Positions 12,601 through 24,095 of a stretch of DNA of 64,000 bases are shown here, one piece after another. Within the stretch, counting starts at the first letter, position 1; each line of letters starts with the position of its first letter. The notes beneath the pieces were generated by a model. That model did not search any database and was not told where the DNA came from. It saw only the letters and a list, made by a program, of their open reading frames with translations. The stretch is from Marsupella aquatica (Eukaryota > Plantae > Marchantiophyta). The stretch spans positions 20,409,869-20,473,868 of the forward strand of contig OZ316892.1 in the NCBI GenBank assembly GCA_973895155.1, read 5' to 3'. The translations under genes were made by a program, and so were the position numbers.

Positions 12601-13573
12601 TAAACCGATCAACTTCGTGCCATTTAGTAATTAGCTCCGGCAGCCTTATTTTTAAATTACAAAGAACGTTCAATTCAGATGAAATCTGAAGTCTGAAAGA
12701 CAACCCTATATATACTCTTGTAGAATACTGTACACACCTACGACAAAATGAAATTTAGAAGCGAATTTTGCTCCCATCACAGACGCTGTTCATTCTGACT
12801 TTAACGAGGATTGTTTTCAGGGGTTCGAATTGAAGCTATTCCCAGTTTTTGTATGAAAATGTAGCCTTGTGAGTCTGGGAGAAATTCTAGTGACTTGTCA
12901 GACGAAAGCATTTTCCGAATAATTTCGATAATGTAGTATACAAAGGAACCATGTAAGGTGTTTCGACGGAATGTTTATATTGAAGATGAAAACACGGGTC
13001 TCTTCGAGTCCAGGCTGCAGGGTCTCTCTTGTGATATCTCCAACACTACCCTTTCTGAATTTTGTTTTGTATTGCCTTTAGGTTGATCTGGCATACATTT
13101 TGGTTATGGGTTTCTATACAGACGACGTTAGGTGGTTGCAACAGAGCTGAGCGTCATGAGTGCAATCATCGCACAATGCAGTCACTGTAGTACAAAACAG
13201 ATCACAGCCCCTGAAGAGAAAGCTTGAGTCAATTCATTTAAAAGCCTTTATATATTGACACATGGTGCGATTCCGGGTACAATTGGATTGTGGGTGGCTG
13301 AAGTGGTGGTGATCCGAATATTTTGGGAGCTCAAATAATCTGAATTCAAAATCAATCCACACGGACCTATTCCTCACCATTCCGAGATAAGCGCTGATTC
13401 AGTGAACCTAATTTTACATACATGCCTAATTGATTGGTATTCTAAATTAGTCATAATCAACCATGGTTCGCGTCGTAAAACAAGCTTTGCAATGTATCTA
13501 GAGAGCCACGCTGTGCTAGCTTAGCAGTGTACACAGAAGGAAAGCTTTGCCATCCTCCTCGACCTTAATTGTC

Positions 13574-14206
13574 TCAGCCGTAGGGAGCCTCGAGGTCAGA
13601 AATTACTCGCCCAGTTACCCCGAATGATTTCTCGAGAACCGCATCTGGGATACCACTGGTCGATCCGAAGATGGCGTGGGGAATCTTGATTGTGCCTGGG
13701 CTGGAACTGCTGAAAGAGAAAATCACCTTAACCTCCTTATCAGACTCGAGGTTGGCCATGTAGTGGACCATAGCCTTGGGGACAACGTACACATCTCCTT
13801 CCACGAGCGTTTGATTGTAATTCTTGTAGTTACTGTCGATGAATCCGACCGTCAGTGTTCCTTGAATAATATAGATGAGCTTCGATCCCCTAGGGTGGAT
13901 GTGGGGTGGCAACACTCCTCCTGGCTGAAAGTACATCAGATAGAAAGAGATTCCGAGGCCATAGAGCGCTGGAAACTCGTTCACCGTGGCTTCCTTGGAA
14001 TCCACTTCTCCTGTCTTCACCAATACGCCACCTCTGAAACCAGTGTAGGTGAAAAAGTTTCCGTCCAAGCTGCTTATGTTCACCCACGGTGCGACTTCGA
14101 AGTCAGTTATCGGTTCCGGATCGGATGCCTGCACTGCCCCTTCCCAAGCACTGAATGCCACCAGTACCCCAAACAGGAGTACAGTGGTTGTCATTGCTCT
14201 CTCCAT
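13574..14206 (-). CDS. germin-like protein (cupin_1), Cys-less GLP9-3/bryophyte-type, ~210 aa, signal peptide
   Basis: Hydrophobic N-terminus then ASDPEPITDF; EFPALYG; GGVLPPHIHPRGSK; GTLTVGFIDS; GDVYVVPKAMVHY; IPDAVLEKSF. Intronless. ATG at 14206 (or 14194). Confidence 0.93.
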   Translation of the reverse strand: MERAMTTTVLLFGVLVAFSAWEGAVQASDPEPITDFEVAPWVNISSLDGNFFTYTGFRGGVLVKTGEVDSKEATVNEFPALYGLGISFYLMYFQPGGVLPPHIHPRGSKLIYIIQGTLTVGFIDSNYKNYNQTLVEGDVYVVPKAMVHYMANLESDKEVKVIFSFSSSSPGTIKIPHAIFGSTSGIPDAVLEKSFGVTGRVISDLEAPYG

Positions 14207-16631
14207 ATGACAAAGGGGCTGACTTAAGTGTGAAATTGGAGCTAGATCTATGGTCGAGCACTGAGCAGTTCCGTCACCTGACTCTTTGGAATCTGCTTTG
14301 AAGGCTTTCAAAATCAGATGTGGATATGGCTTGGAAGCAGGACTGCTGAGCCGAATAGCTAGGGATGACTGAATTTATGGGTGTGGATATCTACAATAAT
14401 CGACCGCCTTATGGATTTTCTGTCCGATGATAACATCTGTAAGTGAGATTTCCGCTGACAAATGTGTGTGCGATTTCTAGACAACAACGATCGATCATGC
14501 AACGATATCAAAGTTGTCGTCTTGCGCATCATTAATGCAAAAAGAGCCCCCGCTGGACTAAATCTAGTCAAGCTGCTTTAAACTGAAACGCCAAAACCAA
14601 GTCAAGCTGCTTTAGTCTCCGTCCTTTGAACCATAGCTAGCACTCATTCATGGGCTACCGTAAACCCTGAATCATGGGTACAGTACTTGAAAAGTGTATG
14701 ATCAGGTTGAAACCGAAGTTTGGAAGAAACTGCTTCTTCGAAAGTAGCTTTATAATGCCAAGATACTCCCAGAACCTTATGGTGTATTTGGAAGTGTAAA
14801 TCAAAGATTATATACATGGTAACCATGGAAACCAACCCCTCTCGTTGAAGGAGAACTAAGGCCGTTACATGAACAGACTACGGGAGGATACATTAGCGAG
14901 GAATCCACTGAAAACCTTGTGTTAAGCGTCAAATATATTTGTGTGACAGATCTTTGAAACACAAGTGCAAAAGGCGCTATGTTCGTAGAGTAAAATGTTT
15001 CACTTGTGTACATCAGGTTGTTGGCTTGTGCACCGGGCATCACGTAACACATTTGTGTGTTCGGGCTATAACAGCAGAGAAGAGCAAAGATTGAAAATAT
15101 GGTCTGGTGAGAACTAACGCAACTTGTTCACTCGCTTGAATCGGAGGCTGGCTAGCTTAGGGTATGTGGACTTCCCTGTACTCTGCAAGACGTGATTGGA
15201 CTCCGAGCCCAGCCTTCCCTGATTAAGTTGTCAAATTAACTTTCTATGATATATACAACTAAGTCTTATAGCCAAGACCCCCATGTGCTGAAATGCTTCA
15301 AAGCGAGTGTGACGCCGGAAAAGTTGAGTACGAAACAGAATTCCATATTTCTCATTGATAATTTGCTCCATTGATTGACGGACTCCTGTTTAACAAAGTC
15401 TGGTTAATATTCATTAAATATTAAATGTCTCGTGACTCTGTAGAATCTGCATTATACTGTATGTCTTTCGTTTGAAACAGGTCATTTTTTCAAGCGTATG
15501 TACGTTCGTTGTTTGGATGATAAGTTTCGTGATTGCATCTATTATAAGAGAGTAACTCACGGACATCATTCAGTTTGCAAGACGAATGTCTATCAAAGGC
15601 CAACATTTCACAAATCAGGTTAGCATTCGCTTACTGTCTTCAACATATATATGAACATGTGGTTCATAGATTATTGAATACCACTGTACGTGAAACAACT
15701 TGTCCCAACACGTAGAGTTACACAACACCAAAAGTTGTGCGATTGTGGACAGCCTTCTATCCGCCACATGTCAGTGCCAATAAGCGCTAGTGAAGGAATC
15801 TCACAGCAATTGGTCGCGATCGGGATGACCAGCCATGATCACTCGAAAATAGCTTTTCACTTTCCGTACTGCCGTCATGATGCTCCTCAACAGAGGAACT
15901 GTCCAAACAGTTTGACGTCTGTTCCTTTGTCGATTTTCGCTGTGGATTGTCAGCATTCGTTTGTTTATTGTTTTGATCCATTTGGAAGAAACTTTCAATC
16001 AGACCAAGATACTAAACTGGAAGATCTGCTGGCTTACGTGAAAGAAGTTTTCCTTGAAAGTAACCAAAGACCGCGTCGAAGTATCATCAGGTTACGTCAC
16101 GCCATTATTGTATTTGCAAATGCCCCGACCAACCAGTGCTTCCAAACGTGTTTTCATACGTATCGGGATACGTCCTCAGGATTTTGTGTACGCAGCCGAG
16201 GCGCCGAGCTGCATTATCGACAGTAGATCGCACTGCATGCGTTCTAGGTTCAGGATCCACAAATTCTAAATTTCTCCCCTGGGTCTGGTCTCCTGCGTTT
16301 GGGATCCTGTGTCCTATTTGGCGCTTTTTGTCTAATTAGGCTACATTGTACTGCCTAAACCTTTGTGCGACCTGATCTGACTTAAGTCAAGCTTTTATAT
16401 TGTCGACTCACGCATGGCACCGGAGATCATGCGTGAGCTCTGTGGTTGCAGAACACTACAGCATGATGCTAAACTGTCTGTGCTGAGACGTGGTCTTTCG
16501 ATGTTACGAGGAACTAAAGGAATTGAGTGCTCTATGGTCTTCCAATGTCAAGGGGAAAGTTTCTTGGGAGCCTTTTGGAAATTGAACTGCCTGCCTTCAT
16601 AAGTTCACTAGCTCAATACCCGTGCGTTGCA

Positions 16632-17905
16632 CAAAAGATGTCATGACGGCCAAGATGTCGTTGAGAACAAAAGAGGTCATATCGGCCAAGAGGTTGTTGA
16701 GAAGAAAGATGTCGTGTCGCCCAAGAAATTTTTGAGAACAAAAGATGTCGCGTCGGCAAGATGTTGATGATAAACAAAAGATGTCGTGTCGGCCAAGATG
16801 TTGTTGAGAACAAAAGATGTCGTGTCGACTAAGATGTCATGTCGGCCAAGATTTGGTTGAGAAAAAAGATGTCGTGTCGACCAAGAGGTTGTTGAGAAAA
16901 AAAGTTGTATTGGCCAAGAGGTCGTTGAGAAAAATGATGTCATGTTGGCCAAGATCTCATTGATAAAAAAAGATGTCGTGTGACCGGCCAAGAAATCATT
17001 GAGATAAAGGATCTTGTGTTGGCAAAGAAGTCGTTGAGAAAAAAGATGTCATGTCGGCCAAGACGTGGTTGAGAGAAAATATGTTGTGTCGGGCAAGACA
17101 TCATTGTGAAAAAAGAGTCGTGTCGGCCAAGACGTCGTTGAGAAAACAGATGTCGTGTTGGCCAAGACGTCATTGAGGAAAAATATCAGTGCATTGCACA
17201 AAAGATGTCGTGTCGCCCAAGATGTTGTTATCTGAAAGATGTCATGAAGTAAAAAGATGTCGTTAAGAAAAAAGAAGTCATTTTTCCAAAGATGTCATTA
17301 TGTGAAAGATGGCGTTAAAAAAAAGGTGTCATTTTGCCAAACTAAGTGATTGTGAAGTAAAAGATGTTATAAATAAAAAGGTGTCGTTTCACCCAATATG
17401 TCATTAATATGTGAAGATGGCTCAATACCCGTGCGTTGCACAAAAGATGTCGTTAAGAAAAAATATGTTGTGCTGCCAAAGATGTTGTCATGAAAAAAGG
17501 TGATGTTGCCAACAATTTTGTTAAGTCAAAACATGTTGTGTTGTCAAAGATTATTTTAAGAAAAAAGATGTCATGTTGCCAAAGATGCCGTTAAGAAAAA
17601 AGATGTCATGTTGCCAAAGAAGTTGTTAATATGTGAAAGATGTTGTGAAGTAAAAAGATGTCATTAAGAACTATGATGTCGTGATGCCAAAGGTGTCGTG
17701 AAGAAAAAATGTTCTTATGTGAAAAATGTTGTGAAGTAAAAGATGTTGTTGCACCAAAGATGTCTTTATGTCCAAGATGTTGTCAGGTAAAAGATGATGT
17801 TTTACGAAAGATGTTATTAAGTATTTTTTTGTTAAGTACAAAATGGTCGATAAGTAAAGGGATGTCATTAGACAAAGATGTAAGTTGTGAAGTAAAAGAT
17901 GTTCT
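16632..17905. repeat. minisatellite, ~36-bp unit (AAAAGATGTCGTGTCGGCCAAGATGTCGTTGAGAA) built from two ~18-bp subunits, degenerating rightwards
   Basis: Dozens of AAGATGT(C/T) cores at ~17-19 bp spacing. Confidence 0.92.
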
Positions 17906-17979
17906 TAAGTACAATTGAAAATATTGCTAGTAAACCATGTTAAGTAAAAAAAGTTGTTAAGTTGTTGCCACTTTTTTGC

Positions 17980-18510
17980 CACCCCTTGCATCCTGAAGCC
18001 CCATTGATAACCCCAAAGTTTTTGTTACTTTAAGCTTTTTACTTAGAGTTACCATGGCTGCTTACTTGGCTTTGGCCGATGTCGAGCGGGATGCCAAGAC
18101 CCCTTGGGATAAGGACACGGCTTGGCTGACTTTTCAACAACTCTTCACTACCCCTTGCATCTTAGAACCCCATTGGGCCCAAAGTTTTGGCTACCTTAGA
18201 GTTCTTACTTAAAGTCGCCGCAATAGCTTAATTGGCATTGGCCGCCCCAATGTCAAGACCCCCTCGGGTAACAGAGCAGCTTGGCTGACTTTTCAACGGC
18301 CCTTTCCCTACCCTTGCATATATCTTGGAACCCCATCAGTAACCCCAATTTTTTTGGTTACTTTAAGCTTAGTTTGCTTAAAGTTGACCGTGGCCGCTTA
18401 CTTGGCTGTGGCCGCCCCAATGCCAATTCCCCTTGGGGCAACGGCACGACTCAGCCCACTTTTCAACAAAACAATTTGCCTACCCCTTGCATGGAACCCC
18501 TTTGGTAACC
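17980..18510. repeat. tandem repeat, ~160-170-bp unit x3+
   Basis: Units start CCCTTGCAT at ~17981, 18151, 18311 and 18483, with shared gctta(c/a)ttggc...ccaagacccc...cttttcaac. Confidence 0.85.
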
Positions 18511-21305
18511 TCATCCAAGTTTACTCGGCTCGTTACTCGCCAATACCATGCCCCCCTGGGGTGGTGGTGTGGTTTGCAACACTTTCCAACATTGGAGGAC
18601 CTGCCACCCCCGGACCAACTTTGGTCTATATATTTTGGCCCCCACCCCATGCCTCTTCCTGTGCTAAACAAAGTGGCAAGACATAACAACAACTGAGGGG
18701 TTGTTGGGGAGTTGGAACCCGGGGCAAGATTGAGTTAGGTTGGGGATGGGACCTTGGGGTCTCGGGTTTCATTCCACCCGGGATGTTGGGTCTAGCATTT
18801 TTTACAACATTATTTTTTTGTTTTTGGCCAGTGTGACAAATGTCAGCCTCTCAAAGGAAGGAAATGCTAGGAGTATTCTTCAACAATTTTTCTTGAATTA
18901 GATCTTCTTCATCAGATATCCCTAGATTGACGTACAACGGTTAGATTTTGGCAAATGGGGTCCATGATTTGGTGGGAGAGTGGCCAATGGTATGCAAAGA
19001 ATCTAGCAATTTTTTGGCAAAAATGACGGAAAAAGTGGTGAACATATTTTGGGGAGGTGGAATTTGGCAAAAGTTTGCACCTAAAAACTCCGTTGTTTGG
19101 ATGAGGCCAGGGCCAGGGTAGTCTCAGGAGTCATCATCCCTTCCTCTTCACTCTCCCTCATCGCTCTCCCTCTTCTAGCTATTGGGTAATGGGTATTGCT
19201 CCTCTTCACACTCCCTCTTCTTGCCATTGGGTAGTTGTTGTTGCTTAAAAGTACTCATTAAATGCCTGGAGCCCTTATAAGCTCACATAGGCTTGGAATA
19301 GAGAGCTCCAAAAGGAAAGAAGCTATGCTCTTCACTCTCTCTTAAAAGTTGTACTCTGATGGTACAATTGTACCTCGTTTTACAGGACCTCTATCCCCTT
19401 TGTACCTTGTACCTGGGGCTCCTAAGAGTAATGAGCTCATATGCTGTACCTGAAGGTACAATAGTACCTGTCTTGTGCATCTTTGTGTACTTGTTTTGTG
19501 CACACGAAGCCCTGTACCAGGTTTCCTCACGTTCCTTTTTTTTTTCCCCCTTATTGGTTCCATATTTACAGGTTTCAATTATTCTCACTCAAAAGGACAC
19601 TCCAAATTTGAATGACGACCACGCCATTTTTTGGCGCAACTGTGTATTATAGTTTAGGATAATCACCAAACGAGACTTCAAGAGCATTCATACCTTGGAA
19701 TATGGGAGTAATGGGACCACAATGGACAAAGTCTTTCCTCAGTCCTCACAGTGTCGACGCATCATTAAGTTAGGTAACCTGACCCAATGCATCATTAATG
19801 GCGTTGCAAACCGTGCTGATTCAATGATGCTCCCATGAACCATTGAACTCATTCAACCCTTCTTTTCCAAAAAGGTTTTGATAACTTTAAATATCTCCAT
19901 TTCTATCCAGCGGAATTGGTCTTCTTGGGATAGTAAGGAGCAGTTGGGCAATGCCTACCCAATTAATAGTCTATTATCTCTAGTTTTTGACTCGTGAGTT
20001 TGTAACCATCTTTCTTCACTCACTTTAACTCTTCTGATATCTCTCGATATCTGATGGAACCTTATTTTTTGGGTCCTTTGAAACTCCGTGGAAAGATGTT
20101 TCAAATGAGCCTAAGGGGGGCTTTACAAGGAGGTGGGGTCATTCAGTGTCTCTCCAACCAAAACCAAAGCTGTCTCTCCAACCAAAGCAAAGCTGATGGT
20201 CACTTCCATGCACTAAAGTTAAAATGCTCGAGCCAAAATGTGTTAAGTCTAGGACTAATAAATGCAATTCCTGAGAGGAAGCTACTGGTTGCTCCATGTT
20301 TCTAGACCATTGCAAGAGGAGGTCTCGGAGGAGGTCTAAGTTTTGGAATAAAAAACATTTACAGATCAGCAAGAAAAGGGATCCACAAGGACCCCCACTC
20401 AGGGATGACTAGGTTTGGTAATGGTTTTACTTGATTGTGTCCCCAAGTTCATGTAAAGTGAAGTTTGGGCTGTGTGCACATTTGAATGGCTAGGATTGCA
20501 TCTCACACGTATCCAGAAAAAACCTGGTGCCCCCAAGTTCCTGGAAGTCACCCTAATATGGTCACATTTCATTGAGAATTGTTAGCAACAAATTTTCAAA
20601 CTAAGATGATGTCCAGTTTTCTTGCCCCATTCATTACTGCATCAGCACAAACATGGGTTTGCTGTAGTCCTACAGGGGTCCATCAGGATAGGCAGGGCCA
20701 GTGTTGATGGGGTCTTGGCCAGGGGAGGCAAGATGGCATATGGGGATCAGGCCCGTGATTGGGAGCCAAGCACACATACCAAATCTTTTAATTGAAACTC
20801 GGTTTTAATTAGTAGATTGTCACCGTTTTATGACATTTTATGTGGAATATGATATGACTTGCCATCTGTTTCTGACTAATTACTACAATGCCACCCCATT
20901 GGTTTGCTGTAAGAGACCTTACACAGGTGATGAGAAACTTTAGATTCTCCTTTTGCAATTTCAGGGCCAGAGGATCTTCTGTGACAGCTATCCAAAATTA
21001 AGTCACTTAAGTTGTGACAAAGAAAGAGACACTGTGGTCATTATATTCAAATGATTGCAAGTCATAATATTTGATAGAAGAATGTGGCAGCCAAGAAAAC
21101 CAGGTTAATCAAAACCCCTCTGATTACGCAAAATACCTTCCATCCTGGCCACAGACCATTCAAAGACTTTAGAGAAAATGCTCAGGGGGTCACTCAAAAG
21201 CTTCTCACCCATCAGTACACACAAGAATAGGGTTTTAAAATTTAATTTTCAAATCAAATTAGAAATTGATATGTAATACCATCAAGGCATTTTAAATCCA
21301 ATTTT

Positions 21306-21450
21306 GCCCAGAGAGGCATGACTTTGTGGTAATTCACTTGAGTAGAGACTGATAGGTTTTGGGTTCAACTATTGTGATTGATGTTCCCTTTCCGTGGGGT
21401 TTCACAGATTTCCCCTTAATTGTTTTAAAAATAGAAAATTAAAATTAAAA
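21306..21450 (+). mobile_element. tRNA-derived SINE-like element, copy 1
   Basis: Near-identical to 36874-37035. TGGTA and GGTTCAA box-like motifs, A-rich tail, degenerate flanking repeat ttaa(a/tt)tccaatt. Confidence 0.7.
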
Positions 21451-22048
21451 TTAATTTCCAATTGAAACTTGTAAAGAAATACAAGGTTTTGAAAAACCAC
21501 ATTTGGGATTTGCAAGAATATTCCACAAATAAATGGGTAAAATCTTTATTTTAGTTTTCAGGCCATTTAATCCCAGCCTATAAACGTCACTGGCAGTGAT
21601 ATATGAGTGTGTATTTGACAATAAAGCCCAACAGTAGGATCCCATAATTGGGGCTTAACGGATGGATGGAGATTGATTGCATGAGCTTAGGATTCCTGAG
21701 GGCTAGTGAAAAAATGGTGTAATTGAGTAAAAGGCCTGATAACCGCTGAGATGGGGGTCCAATGAGCTTATGATTCCCTAGCTAGGGCTATTGCAGCATA
21801 GAGTAATTGAATAAAAGGCCCGATGACTGCTCAGATGAGATTTCTGATCTACTATTAGATTTACTAAAACATGCATTCAAGGTAGAATGATTTAGAGAGA
21901 AAAATGATTTTGGAATGGGATCCCATTTTTTGTTTTGTTTTTGGACAAAAGAATCAATTAATTAGAAAGGGTGAAAACAAGAAAGTGACGCAGGGATGGA
22001 CCACAATGCCCGCCAGCATGGGGGGACACAGCTTCCATTCTGTTGGTC

Positions 22049-22418
22049 CATGTGAGTTTTGGGCTCATAACTTGATGATTATGAGTCGTTAAAAAAATTG
22101 ATTTGCTTCTGCAAGGCAACTAGATGAGGAGGAGACTTTAAATAAACATAAGCCCAAATACTTCATTAACACAATGCAAATTAACATTAGAGAATTTACC
22201 CCATGATGAATAACTCATATCAAAATGGCCAAAAATACACTGTCACTTTCATGGAAGTGTAGCTTACTTACTCCACTAGCACATCCTCAAAACTGACAAA
22301 TATTTGAAATTATGGACATCTAGTTATTACAATTAAACTCAAATTCTGGGAAATGTGATCCATAGGCCTGAGTGGGTTTTTCAAAGACCAATGTTGTGGT
22401 CCATGGGAGCATCATTTT
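22049..22418 (+). repeat. dispersed repeat copy B
   Basis: Collinear diverged match to 8562-8912. Confidence 0.8.
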
Positions 22419-23167
22419 AGTCAAAACAAAATACAATAGAATAAAAAGCAAAAGTGGTCTACAAAAGAGAACACAAAACACAAAATGATGGAGTAAATCT
22501 AATCTCCTAGCAATGGTGTGATCTCTATGGTACACATATAGACAGTGTGGTTACTAAGTTAAATGGGAAATCCAATCACCAAGCAATTGCATGTGTGATG
22601 CTCTCATTCTCCACATCTAGTGAGGTTACTAAGTTTTCAAGTGTGCCACTGACTACTTAAGTTACTAAATCTCCAAGTGTGACATTGATAACTTTTGTGA
22701 GGGTAAAGGATTAAAGAGAGATTGGAGCGACCGTTCGATTTCAGACCTGAGAGACAACAAAATAATACAAAAACTGGAAAAAATATAACTAAAGCCAAAA
22801 TGTCAAAAAGAAGAAAAAACACAAGAAGAAGCCAATGGTGAGAAGTCAATAGAAGTAAAACAGTCAAACCGATATCTAGATTGGCAGTAGTTGAGGTTCC
22901 CGCCTTAATAGGATAATGTGGGCCCTCACAAGTGTGTATAATAAATATACTTTCCATACACATAAAATGTGTCATTCTACAATTGAAAGTAGTAGTAAGA
23001 TGCTCGCATGAAGCTTCACCAATAGGCACTTACAGAAAGACTTGGTCGTCTGTTCTAAACTCCACGATAACGGCGCAGAAATCTTGCTTCAACGCTTGGT
23101 CAATGTTTCCACTTCGATGAACTGATTAAAATATCAGTGAGTAGTTTCCTTAACAAATCTGCCCCCG

Positions 23168-23200
23168 AGCTCCCACTCCTAAGCTCCCACTCCTATAAAG
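23168..23200 (+). promoter_or_regulatory. TATA box (TATAAA 23194-23199) preceded by tandem AGCTCCCACTCCTA
   Basis: About 260 bp upstream of the germin ATG. A possible 5'UTR intron ends tttgcag at 23419. Confidence 0.45.
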
Positions 23201-23456
23201 CAGACAGATCTCGTCCGATTTCATCAGTCTGCCAGTACTTCAGACGTACAATTCTCGCCAAGTCTGTGAGCGAGCTATAGAACGTCACTATATTGTTGAA
23301 CAATCAGTTCAGGATCCTCCAGCTCATCAGTAGAGATCGACCTGCTCACGCATTATCTTAGTACTGTTTTTAAAAGACAATTTGCCTTCACTTCACTTCA
23401 CTTCACTTCGTGTTTGCAGTGAACGCATTCACAAGATCGAACACAATCTGGGCGAG

Positions 23457-24095
23457 ATGGGCTGTATGAGTACAAGGACCACTGCAGGCATCTTGGCGGC
23501 GCTGGTGGCATTCAGTGCTTGGGAAGTGGCAGTGCAGGCCTCCGATCCGGAGCCTATAACCGACTTCATCGTGCCCGACGGGGTGAACATCAGCAACTTG
23601 GATGGGAACTACTTCACCTACACAGGCTTCCGTGGAGGCGTCTCGGTGAAGCCCGGAGAAGTGGACTCCAAGCAGGCAACTGTAAACGATTTCCCAGCAC
23701 TCTACGGACTGGGCATATCTTTTTACCTGATGTACTTCCAGCCTGGCGGAGTGCTGGTGCCCCACCTGCATCCACGAGGCTCCAAGCTGATTTACGTTAT
23801 CCAGGGCACACTGACTGTCGGATTCGTCGACAGTAACTATAAACTCTACAACCAGACACTGCTGGAGGGTGACGTGTACGTTGTCCCCAAAGCTATGGTG
23901 CACTACATGGCCAATCTAGACTCCAACGTGGAGACGAAGGTGATCTTCTCGTTCAGCAGCTCCAATCCTGGTACTATAAAGCTCCCCAGGGCTATCTTTG
24001 GGTCTTCGCCTCTCATCCCCGATGGGGTTTTGACGAATTCGTTTGGAGTGTCCGAGAAAATGGTGCACCACCTCGAGGCCCCGTATACGACATAA
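23457..24095 (+). CDS. germin-like protein (cupin_1), paralogue of 13574-14206, ~212 aa
   Basis: Signal peptide then ASDPEPITDFIVP; DFPALYG; GGVLVPHLHPRGSK; GDVYVVPKAMVHY. About 80% identical to the paralogue in the mature region by manual count. Confidence 0.94.
   Translation: MGCMSTRTTAGILAALVAFSAWEVAVQASDPEPITDFIVPDGVNISNLDGNYFTYTGFRGGVSVKPGEVDSKQATVNDFPALYGLGISFYLMYFQPGGVLVPHLHPRGSKLIYVIQGTLTVGFVDSNYKLYNQTLLEGDVYVVPKAMVHYMANLDSNVETKVIFSFSSSNPGTIKLPRAIFGSSPLIPDGVLTNSFGVSEKMVHHLEAPYTT

Larger units (their letters stand above)
16608..20816 (-). mobile_element. putative non-autonomous Helitron
   Basis: Minus strand 3' end GTGCAACGCAC-GGGTATTGAG-CTAG|T at 16608. Candidate 5' end A|TCTACTAATTAAAA at 20816. 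No TSD and no Rep/helicase ORF. The 5' boundary is less certain. Confidence 0.65.

Noticed and set aside
13676-14227. 183-aa ORF antisense to germin 1 (and 23403-23903 antisense to germin 2)
   Set aside because: Shadow ORFs of the real genes.
16632-17905. CRISPR-like appearance of regularly spaced AAGATGTC repeats
   Set aside because: The intervening sequences are themselves repeated, there are no cas genes, and the context is eukaryotic. It is a minisatellite.
21587-21599. Palindrome TCACTGGCAGTGA, also present near 62925
   Set aside because: Too short. No TSD or paired termini to support a CACTA element or footprint.
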